The position numbers and the translations under genes are program-made. The notes under the pieces were generated by a model. The model saw only the letters and a program-made list of their open reading frames with translations. It was not told where the DNA came from and searched no databases. A stretch of 64,000 nt of DNA from Candidatus Parcubacteria bacterium (GTDB lineage: Bacteria; Patescibacteriota; Minisyncoccia; Minisyncoccales; JAGLUP01): positions 79,906 through 143,905 of the forward strand of contig JAGLUP010000002.1 in the NCBI GenBank assembly GCA_023134715.1, read 5' to 3'. Positions 53,308-60,977 of the stretch are shown here, in pieces (position 1 is the stretch's first letter; every line of letters begins with the position of its first letter).

Positions 53308-55374
53308 TTATTCGTTGACTATGATGGTTATTGTTTGCCGGGAGCTATTAGCGCTCTCGGCTTTTATTTTGTATAATCCGATTTCTTGAGGAATAAAAAT
53401 AGCGGTCTGGCCTTGGTCTAAAAATTTTCCATCAAGAATCCACTTAACTCTTTCTTTAGCTTTTAAAATTATTTTTGTGTTATTTTCCAGCAAGAAAGTA
53501 TCTCCATGATGAGGACTTAAGATTAAATCAAAATCTTGTTCTTTTAAAATGTTTTGTGATTTTTCATAATCATCATTTGGTAGACCATATTCAATATCAA
53601 TGCCATTGTAAAATTCTTCTAAAAGATTAAATTCAAAAGGAGTTTTTTTATTATATTCTGAATTAAGAAGCAACTCCATTGTCTCTGCCCATATCCTGCC
53701 CGCGCCAACTTGGCCAGTAATGCTTTCCATTGGCGTATTATCAGCGTTTCCCACCCATACGCCGACTAAAAAATCAGGGGTGTAACCAATTACCCAACTG
53801 TCGTGAAAATCCCGGGAAGTCCCGGTTTTTAGAGCGTAATTTTTCTGAAATAAATTAAAATCGCTTTTTAATCCGAATTGCTCAATGCCTGTTTTTCTAT
53901 CGTTTAAAATTATATTAATTAACTGAATATATTCCGGCTCGGTTATTTTTTTTGGTAAAGATAAACTATTATTATTTTGAAAAATTTTCAATTCTTTTAA
54001 AATTCCATTGTTAGGGAAGATAGTGAAATATTTGGCTAAATCTAATAAGCTCATTTCTAATGACCCAAGAGCTATTCCCAGTTGATAATTATTTAAATCT
54101 TGAACCGGTTTAATCTCTAATTCTTTTTCTAAAAAATTATAAAAATTTTCTAATTCAATGTATTCCAAAACCTTTACTGCTGGAACGTTTAAACTATTAC
54201 TTAAAGCGTAATGCAGGTTCACTTCGCCGCGATATTTATAATCAAAATTTTTAGGATAAAGAGGAAAGCCGATAGCAGTAATATATTTATATTCTCTGTC
54301 ATCCACTAAAGTATAAGGCCTTAAACCTTTTTCAAACGCTTTGAGATAAATAAAGGGTTTAATGGTTGAACCAATGGGTCTTGGCTTTGTCAACATATTA
54401 ATTTGATTTCCTGATTCAAAAGATTTTGGAGCAGGCGAACCAATTAAAGCCAATAATTCACTCTCCGGAAGTTTAATTATGACAACAGCTCCGCTGTTAG
54501 CGTTTTTTGGTTTTAAATCTTGTATATTTCTTTTGACAATTTCTCTTATTTTCTCAGTTAGCTGTTTATCTATGGTTGCTTGCTGGATTTGAGAATGATT
54601 ATTAATTAAATCTTGAAGCTCAAAATAAGAATCGCTGGAATGAGAATATTTTTGCATATTTTCTTTTATAACAAAAACGTCTTGAAAAATAATACTTTGG
54701 CTGTCTGTATTTAATCTTTGAGTTAAGAATAAAGCAATTTCTTTATTTTTAATTTTGGCTGGATTATTTTGAGTAGGACTGCTGATACTCGCAAGGAGCT
54801 GTAGAATCTGTCCTTGAGTTAGCATGTCCGGCGATAAATTAAAATAAAGCTGGCTTGCCTCTGACAATCCCTGAACCTGATTTCCAAAATAAATAGAATT
54901 AGCATACATTTTTAAAATAGTTTCTTTGCTTTGGAAAATTTCTAAACTTAAGCTATAAAATGCCTCAATAATTTTATTTTTTAAATTTCTGTCTGATTCT
55001 TTTTCTAAAAGAATTTTTACTATTTGCTGGGTAATAGTGCTGGAAGCTCTTTTCCTGCCAAAATTAAAATACCCCAAGCCAGCTTGAAACGCGGCCCAGG
55101 GATTAACGCCAAAATGATAATAGAAATACCTGTCTTCTTTTTCAATTAAAAGTTTTTTAAATTCAGAAGGAACTTCATCTAAATATTCAGCCCAATATCC
55201 TTTTTTGTTTGGTTTAATAAAAATTATTTCTCCTGCTCTGTCTTTGATTATTATAGAATTTTGCTGATTATAAACATCTATTAATTGTTTTTGCGCGACA
55301 TAAGCAAATATCAAAAAACAGGCAAAACCAATGCCTAAAATTATTAAAAATGTTTTGAAATTATATTTCAGCAT
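53308..55374 (-). CDS. pbpC: bifunctional penicillin-binding protein, PBP1C-like
   Basis: GT51 motifs EDRYFYYHFGVN and ASTITQQ; transpeptidase STIKPF, SLN, KTGTS; C-terminal Ig-like tail typical of PbpC. Confidence 0.75.
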   Translation of the reverse strand: MLKYNFKTFLIILGIGFACFLIFAYVAQKQLIDVYNQQNSIIIKDRAGEIIFIKPNKKGYWAEYLDEVPSEFKKLLIEKEDRYFYYHFGVNPWAAFQAGLGYFNFGRKRASSTITQQIVKILLEKESDRNLKNKIIEAFYSLSLEIFQSKETILKMYANSIYFGNQVQGLSEASQLYFNLSPDMLTQGQILQLLASISSPTQNNPAKIKNKEIALFLTQRLNTDSQSIIFQDVFVIKENMQKYSHSSDSYFELQDLINNHSQIQQATIDKQLTEKIREIVKRNIQDLKPKNANSGAVVIIKLPESELLALIGSPAPKSFESGNQINMLTKPRPIGSTIKPFIYLKAFEKGLRPYTLVDDREYKYITAIGFPLYPKNFDYKYRGEVNLHYALSNSLNVPAVKVLEYIELENFYNFLEKELEIKPVQDLNNYQLGIALGSLEMSLLDLAKYFTIFPNNGILKELKIFQNNNSLSLPKKITEPEYIQLINIILNDRKTGIEQFGLKSDFNLFQKNYALKTGTSRDFHDSWVIGYTPDFLVGVWVGNADNTPMESITGQVGAGRIWAETMELLLNSEYNKKTPFEFNLLEEFYNGIDIEYGLPNDDYEKSQNILKEQDFDLILSPHHGDTFLLENNTKIILKAKERVKWILDGKFLDQGQTAIFIPQEIGLYKIKAESANSSRQTITIIVNE

Positions 55375-55405
55375 ATTCAGGCACTTTCATTATATTTCAA
55401 ATTTC

Positions 55406-55425
55406 TGCTATAATCAAATAATATG
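55406..55425 (+). promoter_or_regulatory. extended -10 promoter, leaderless start
   Basis: TGcTATAAT (-10 at 55409-14), 8 nt, ATG 55423. Confidence 0.5.
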
Positions 55426-56817
55426 AACTGGAAATATATTTTAATTATAATGATTTTAGCTTCTGCGGCTGGGTGGGGGATTTTAGCTTCTAAAAAACAA
55501 GCGGCAAGAGAGATAGATGCTCCTGCTTATGTTTTAGATATAAAAAAGCCGGCCGGCACTGAAAGGGGCGAGCATTCTGGACGGGAAGAAAAATTAGTTG
55601 AGCTTAAATTATTTGATGAAATAAGGCAGGAATTAATTTTTAAAAAAACAGATTTTCTGGAAATTAATCTTGCAGAGATGAAGATAACTCTTTACAAAGA
55701 AGGCCTTGCGGAAAAAAAAGTTTCTATTTTAACCAAAGGAGACCCTCAGAGCTGGGGAGGATCAGCTGCTGGATTATACAAAATTATGTCCGGCAATAAA
55801 TCCAGTTTTTCAATTGTCTCAGACGTTTATATGCCATACGCTCTTCGTTATTACGGAAAATATTATCTTCACGGAGAGCCATATTATTCTTGGGGAGAAA
55901 AACTAATCTCTTCGGTTTCTGGAGGATGTCTCCGTTTGGAAAACAAAGACGCGAAAACTATTTATGAATTAACCGAAATAAATATGCCTGTTTTAGTGAT
56001 AGACAAAAAAAGAGATTTTTATGAATATCCAAACGAAAAAATATCTAAGCTTCCAAAGCTTTCCGCTCAAAGTTATTTAGCCGCAGACATGGATTCAGGA
56101 TATATCCTGGCTGAAAAAAAATCTGAAGAACAACTGCCAATAGCTTCTTTGACCAAGCTGATGACAGCTGTGGTTTTAGCTGAAAATATTGATTTAAGAA
56201 AATCTATTTTAATAAAGGAAGAAATGCTTAAAGCATATGGATCTTCTGACGGATTAACAGCTGGTAAAAGATTTAGAGTAGTAGAATTATTTTATCCGCT
56301 TTTAACAGAATCATCTAATAATGCGGCTGAAGTTCTTAGTTATTTTTTAGGCGAAGAAAAAACTATTAGGTTGATGAACGAAAAAACCAAATCTATTTTA
56401 ATGGAGCAGACAAGATTTGTTGATACCTCTGGCTTTGGTTCTGAAAATATTAGCACTGCCAAAGACCTATTTTATTTAGGCAGATATATTTTAAATAATC
56501 GTCCTCCTGTTTTAAAAATAACCAGAGGAGGAGAAGTTCAAAGTTTTGGAAAAATAAATTTTGAAATTAAAAATTTATGGAATAAAAACATTTTTGGCAA
56601 TGATGCAACCTTTATTGGAGGAAAAACCGGTTTTATTGAAGAGTCTAAAAATACAGGTCTTTTTATTTTCCGTTTTACAGACAAAAACAATAATGAACGC
56701 AATATAGCAATTATTCTTTTGGGTTCTGAAAATATTAAAAGCGATACCCAAAAAATTTACATCTGGCTCCAAAATAATTACTTTGTAAAACAAGACCTTG
56801 CTTTTAATGAAAAATAA
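55423..56817 (+). CDS. L,D-transpeptidase (YkuD) fused to a D-alanyl-D-alanine carboxypeptidase (S11)
   Basis: YYLHGEPYY...SGGCLRLEN; then ASLTKLMTA (SxxK), ESSNNAAE (SxN), GGKTGF (KTG). Confidence 0.75.
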   Translation: MNWKYILIIMILASAAGWGILASKKQAAREIDAPAYVLDIKKPAGTERGEHSGREEKLVELKLFDEIRQELIFKKTDFLEINLAEMKITLYKEGLAEKKVSILTKGDPQSWGGSAAGLYKIMSGNKSSFSIVSDVYMPYALRYYGKYYLHGEPYYSWGEKLISSVSGGCLRLENKDAKTIYELTEINMPVLVIDKKRDFYEYPNEKISKLPKLSAQSYLAADMDSGYILAEKKSEEQLPIASLTKLMTAVVLAENIDLRKSILIKEEMLKAYGSSDGLTAGKRFRVVELFYPLLTESSNNAAEVLSYFLGEEKTIRLMNEKTKSILMEQTRFVDTSGFGSENISTAKDLFYLGRYILNNRPPVLKITRGGEVQSFGKINFEIKNLWNKNIFGNDATFIGGKTGFIEESKNTGLFIFRFTDKNNNERNIAIILLGSENIKSDTQKIYIWLQNNYFVKQDLAFNEK

Positions 56818-56833
56818 AGTAAAATAGAGGTAT

Positions 56834-57310
56834 ATGAAAAAAGTTATCCCGTCAATCATTTTTTTAATCGCTGTTATTTTTATTTTTTATTTTCTATCTC
56901 AAAATTTAGATAATAAAATTACAGAGAATAATCAGCCGCAAGAAATGGAATTAAATAATGAATTAGATAATAATAAATCTGAAGATTTAAAAATAGAAAT
57001 CTTAAAACAGGGGACCGGGCAGGAAGCTAAAAATGGAGACAGGGTTACCGTGCATTATACCGGGACTTTAGAAGATGGAACAAAATTTGACTCAAGTTTA
57101 GACAGGGAACAGCCATTTGTTTTCACATTAGGAGCCGGAGAAGTTATAAAGGGCTGGGATTTGGGTGTTTTGGGAATGAAAAAAGAAGAAAAACGAAAAT
57201 TAATAATTCCGTCAGAGCTTGGGTACGGCGAGAGAGGCGCGGCTGGCGGAGCAATACCTCCAAACGCAACTCTTATTTTCGAAGTTGAACTTTTGAGCAT
57301 TCACAAATGA
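56834..57310 (+). CDS. FKBP-type peptidyl-prolyl cis-trans isomerase
   Basis: [45 protein letters not shown]. Confidence 0.9.
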   Translation: MKKVIPSIIFLIAVIFIFYFLSQNLDNKITENNQPQEMELNNELDNNKSEDLKIEILKQGTGQEAKNGDRVTVHYTGTLEDGTKFDSSLDREQPFVFTLGAGEVIKGWDLGVLGMKKEEKRKLIIPSELGYGERGAAGGAIPPNATLIFEVELLSIHK

Positions 57311-58515
57311 TTGAATATATAATATTATTTTTTTTAATTTTGCTTTCGGCTTTTTTTTCTTGTTCAGAAACAGCCCTGTTTTCGCTTAGCCCTGTCAAAG
57401 TAAGAATGATGATGGAGCAAAAGAAAAAAGGAGCAGGCATTTTATATAAATTAAAGCGAAATCCGAGAAAATTAATTGTTACTATACTATTGGGAAATAA
57501 TGTAGTAAACATTGCCGCTTCCGCTTTAGCAACTATAATATCTACGGAATTATTTGGTTCTCAAGGAGTCGGAATCGCCATAGGCATAATGACTCTTCTA
57601 ATCTTGGTTTTTGGCGAAATTATTCCTAAATCAATGGCAGTGGCAAAAGCGGAAAAAATATCTTTGATCATCGCCAAACCGATTTCATTTATTATGTATC
57701 TATTGTGGCCATTTGTTTGGATTCTTGAACAAACAGCAAAAATGATTAGCTCAACACAAGTCCTGGTTTCAGAAGAAGAAATAAAAACTATGGCAATGAT
57801 GGGTTTAGAATCCGGGATAATAAAAAAACAAGAAGAAAAAATTATTGAAAGAGCTGTTGAATTCGCTGATATTAACACAGAGGATGTTATGACTCCAAGA
57901 ATTGATATGTTTTGCTTAAACGGCAAATTAAATTTAGATGAAGCCCTGTCAGACATCATCGCGAGTCCATTCAGCAGAATTCCCATCTACATAGAAGATA
58001 AAGATAATATAATAGGAATTTTATATGTTAAAGATGTTTTAAAACATATAGCTGAAAAAGACAGAAATATTAAATTGGCTCAACTGACAAAAAAACCATT
58101 TATTGTTCCGGAAAAAATGAGCATCAATAAGCTGTTCAAAGAATTCCAATATAAACATATTCATATTGCCATTGTGGTCAATGAACATGGGGAGGTGGTT
58201 GGAGTAACAACAATGGAAGATTTGTTGGAAGAATTAGTGGGAGAAATTATAGATGAATCAGACCTTAACAAAGAATTAATTATGCGCATAGACAAAAAAA
58301 CTATTTTAGTTGATGGAGACACTGAAATAGACGACATTAATGATTTTTTTAATATTAAACTCCCCGGAAAAATTACAGACACAATCAGCGCTGTAATTTT
58401 AGAAAAAATACAAAAAATTCCTCAAAAAGGCGAAAAAATTAAAATTAATAATTTTACTCTCACTGTTGAAGCTGTTACGCCAAGAGAAATAAAAAAAGTT
58501 AAAATTGAAAAATAA
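57307..58515 (+). CDS. CNNM/CorC-family membrane protein (DUF21 plus CBS pair plus CorC_HlyC)
   Basis: N-terminal TM domain, [38 protein letters not shown]. Confidence 0.8.
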   Translation: MIEYIILFFLILLSAFFSCSETALFSLSPVKVRMMMEQKKKGAGILYKLKRNPRKLIVTILLGNNVVNIAASALATIISTELFGSQGVGIAIGIMTLLILVFGEIIPKSMAVAKAEKISLIIAKPISFIMYLLWPFVWILEQTAKMISSTQVLVSEEEIKTMAMMGLESGIIKKQEEKIIERAVEFADINTEDVMTPRIDMFCLNGKLNLDEALSDIIASPFSRIPIYIEDKDNIIGILYVKDVLKHIAEKDRNIKLAQLTKKPFIVPEKMSINKLFKEFQYKHIHIAIVVNEHGEVVGVTTMEDLLEELVGEIIDESDLNKELIMRIDKKTILVDGDTEIDDINDFFNIKLPGKITDTISAVILEKIQKIPQKGEKIKINNFTLTVEAVTPREIKKVKIEK

Positions 58516-58537
58516 TTATTACTAACTTATTTTAATC

Positions 58538-58573
58538 CGTAACAAATCTCGCCGATCGGCGAGATTTGTTATG
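58538..58573 (+). terminator. long palindromic hairpin, copy 1
   Basis: AACAAATCTCGCCGATCGGCGAGATTTGTT is perfect (58541-70), followed by TTTTG. Confidence 0.65.
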
Positions 58574-58611
58574 TTTTGTGCGTTTAATAGTCGAGTTTTG
58601 AATTATTTAAT

Positions 58612-58742
58612 TTGACAAACAGCATATTATTTGTTATTGTTAGAATAACAATAAACGATGAGTGATAGAAAAAGTTAAATTTAACTTTTCTTAAACGAGT
58701 TCATTGTAAATAAAATAATGAAATGAAAAAGGAGGTAATAAA
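58612..58742 (+). promoter_or_regulatory. promoter plus conserved structured leader, copy 2
   Basis: TTGACA, TGtTAGAAT (58638-46); hairpin AAAAGTTAA/TTAACTTTT (58670-89); TTCATT/AATGAA (58700-22); SD GGAGGT. Confidence 0.6.
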
Positions 58743-59234
58743 ATGGGTAAAAGAGTGGATAAAGAAATTGCAAATATGGATAAAAAAATAGAAACGGATG
58801 TTTCTGATATTTCTACAGAAGCGGCAGAGGAAATAATTAGAAAATTTATAAGAGAAGAGTGGATGCGCGCAACGAAAGAAGCTGGAGAAAATGAGTTCGA
58901 CATGGTGAAACATAAAGAAAAAAAACCCGTTGCCATGGCAATAGTAGATAGAAACGGCAAGCTAAAAGCTTTCATTAGTCTGGATGGAACAATTCCAACG
59001 GCTTCGGAACAGAGTATTCTTAAGGCCTACGAAACTTTTACATTTAGGGCAAATGCCATGTATTTCTCTAATGGAGGAATTCTGGTAAAAAATACCAAAG
59101 GTCAAGTTATCGGAGCGATAGGAGTGAACGGTAGAGACTCAATGCGAGAAAACCATGAATTAGCTATCCTTGCCCTGGAGATATTTGAAAGCTTTCAACG
59201 CACTATAAAAATGAAAATTAGAAACCAAAAATAA
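58743..59234 (+). CDS. GlcG/HbpS-like (DUF336) protein, paralogue of 43695..44192
   Basis: KKPVAMAIVDRNGKLKAF, GGILVKNTKGQVIGAIGVNGRD; shares the IETDVSDI N-terminal stretch at nucleotide level. Confidence 0.7.
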   Translation: MGKRVDKEIANMDKKIETDVSDISTEAAEEIIRKFIREEWMRATKEAGENEFDMVKHKEKKPVAMAIVDRNGKLKAFISLDGTIPTASEQSILKAYETFTFRANAMYFSNGGILVKNTKGQVIGAIGVNGRDSMRENHELAILALEIFESFQRTIKMKIRNQK

Positions 59235-59274
59235 GGTTTCTCTTTTTTTATTTTGTAAAAATAAAATCAGCAAA

Positions 59275-59318
59275 CCGGCTTTTAGTAAAGGCGGTTTTTT
59301 GGTAGAATAAAGATAATG
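59275..59318 (+). promoter_or_regulatory. hairpin plus TTTTTTGGTAGAAT module, leaderless start
   Basis: CCGGCTT-ttagta-AAGGCGG (6/7 bp), T6, GGTAGAAT (-10 at 59303-08), 7 nt, ATG 59316. Confidence 0.6.
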
Positions 59319-59657
59319 AAAAAATATACATTACTTATTAGAAAAGAAGATAAAGAAATATTTAATTCAATAAAAAGCGGGGATAAAATAATAGAAACTC
59401 GCGCTGCGACTAAAAAATATCAGAACATTAAAAATGGAGATATTTTAGTTTTTGTATGCGAAAAAGAAAAAATTGAGAAAGAAGTAGATACAGTAAATTT
59501 TTTCAAAAACATAGAAGATATGCTAAAGATTATTAATTTTAAAAAAATAATTCCATTTGCTTTTTCAAAAAAAGAAATAAAAAATATTCTTTATAGTTTT
59601 CCAAATAATCGTGAAAAAATAGAAAAATTTGGATTGATTGCGTTAGAATTAAAATAA
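59316..59657 (+). CDS. ASCH-like (PUA-fold) domain protein
   Basis: FNSIKSGDKIIETRAATKKYQNIKNGDILVF resembles the ASCH N-terminal motif. Confidence 0.45.
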   Translation: MKKYTLLIRKEDKEIFNSIKSGDKIIETRAATKKYQNIKNGDILVFVCEKEKIEKEVDTVNFFKNIEDMLKIINFKKIIPFAFSKKEIKNILYSFPNNREKIEKFGLIALELK

Positions 59658-59672
59658 TATGCTAATTTAAAT

Positions 59673-59710
59673 CCGTAACAAATCAGGTCGATCGACCTGA
59701 TTTGTTACGG
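59673..59710 (+). terminator. long palindromic hairpin, copy 2
   Basis: CCGTAACAAATCAGGTCGATCGACCTGATTTGTTACGG, 38 nt, perfect. Confidence 0.65.
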
Positions 59711-59730
59711 TTTGATTAAAGAGTTTTTAT

Positions 59731-59837
59731 TTGACAAAATTGTGTTAATGTAATATATTTAAAATAACAATGGAGGATGAAAAAGCTGAAATTCAGTTTT
59801 TTTAAGTGAGTTCATTGAAAAAAGGGTGATTAAAAAA
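59731..59837 (+). promoter_or_regulatory. promoter plus conserved structured leader, copy 3
   Basis: TTGACA-17-TATATT; AATAACAATGGAGGAT; hairpin AAAAGCTGA/TCAGTTTT (59781-801); TTCATT (59811-16). Confidence 0.6.
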
Positions 59838-60224
59838 ATGACTGGAATAATGGCGGGAGAAATAGTAAAAAACATAAAAACAGGAAACATTGGAGTTGTT
59901 GTAGTTGATTCATACAAAGTTTGTGGAGACAACGAAATTCCAGTAGTTTATGAAGGACTTACGGCTTTTTGCGGAACCAATGCTGAAAATTTAAAAGTTA
60001 TTAAACCAGAGACTCCAATAGCTGATCCTGAAAAATGTGGAGCAGGTTTAGGTGAAAAATGTTGTATTTTTCTTTCTGTCGACCCAGATGGTTTCAAATG
60101 TGAAAGATTCACTGAGATTAGAAACGATATTCTTTCAAGAAAAGATGAAATGAAAGCAAAAAGACATCCAAAAAAAATGTTTCCCGATTGTTATTTAGAT
60201 TCTAAAAATATTGGCAAGGGTTAA
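59838..60224 (+). CDS. Cys-rich hypothetical protein
   Basis: ATG 59838 sits 7 nt after GGGTGAT; the track start 59826 is a GTG inside the SD. Confidence 0.5.
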   Translation: MTGIMAGEIVKNIKTGNIGVVVVDSYKVCGDNEIPVVYEGLTAFCGTNAENLKVIKPETPIADPEKCGAGLGEKCCIFLSVDPDGFKCERFTEIRNDILSRKDEMKAKRHPKKMFPDCYLDSKNIGKG

Positions 60225-60305
60225 CTCAAATATATAGAAAGGAATATCTAAAAAAGATATTCCGTTTATTTTTTTAGATTTTTTCTAAAACAAAAAATTA
60301 GCGAT

Positions 60306-60349
60306 CCGCCTTTCAGTAAGGGCGGTTTTTTGGTAGAATAAAGATAATG
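60306..60349 (+). promoter_or_regulatory. hairpin plus TTTTTTGGTAGAAT module, leaderless start
   Basis: CCGCC-tttcagtaag-GGCGG, T6, GGTAGAAT (-10 at 60334-39), 7 nt, ATG 60347. Confidence 0.6.
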
Positions 60350-60946
60350 GCTAAATTAAAAAAGCTAATAGAAAAATTTTCAGGAAGCTACATATTAATA
60401 AGCGTTGTTGGACCGCATGCTGGCGAATTAGAAAAAGAAATATTCCAACGCAAAATTAAAGATATTGATAATGTCGGATTTACGTTTTGGATAATTAGAT
60501 CTTTCCAAGCAAAATTAGAAATGGTACAAACTATTTGCAAAAAAGCAAAAATTGAAAATAAAAATGTATTTTGTATTTTTATTAAACCCTCAATAAAAGG
60601 AGGGGCAACGCCTACAAAAAACAGCTTATCAGCAAAATATTATTCCCAAGATAAAAAGCAATGGAAAAAAATACCAAACAGATTGAGTCCTGTTACTGGA
60701 AAAATTGACAAGACCAGCTATGCTTTATTATTTAATAAATTAGAATTAATTAGTGATGAAATTGATTTATGGAATTATGCTGATTTTTTTAATCAAGAAA
60801 AACCTATAAGAATATTTCGGGGCGGTTCAACTTTATGCGCAATTAAAAAAGATGTAAAAAACCAAAACAATAAGATTAAATCTCGTTATAGAAAAATAAT
60901 CGCCATTGGAAAACTTTCTAAACCATTTTGCGTCTGGTTAAAATAA
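60347..60946 (+). CDS. hypothetical protein
   Basis: 199-aa ORF; no family recognised. Confidence 0.45.
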   Translation: MAKLKKLIEKFSGSYILISVVGPHAGELEKEIFQRKIKDIDNVGFTFWIIRSFQAKLEMVQTICKKAKIENKNVFCIFIKPSIKGGATPTKNSLSAKYYSQDKKQWKKIPNRLSPVTGKIDKTSYALLFNKLELISDEIDLWNYADFFNQEKPIRIFRGGSTLCAIKKDVKNQNNKIKSRYRKIIAIGKLSKPFCVWLK

Positions 60947-60977
60947 TAAATTGTCAAAAATTGACTTTTTAAAAAAA

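Noticed and set aside
55541-55590. GCCGGCCGGC and the neighbouring GC-rich codons in the L,D-transpeptidase N-terminal linker as a member of the palindrome family
   Set aside because: Only a 10-nt self-complementary core is present. There is no nested stem and none of the family's TCCCGCC/GTCCCCGA stem vocabulary. The evidence is insufficient.
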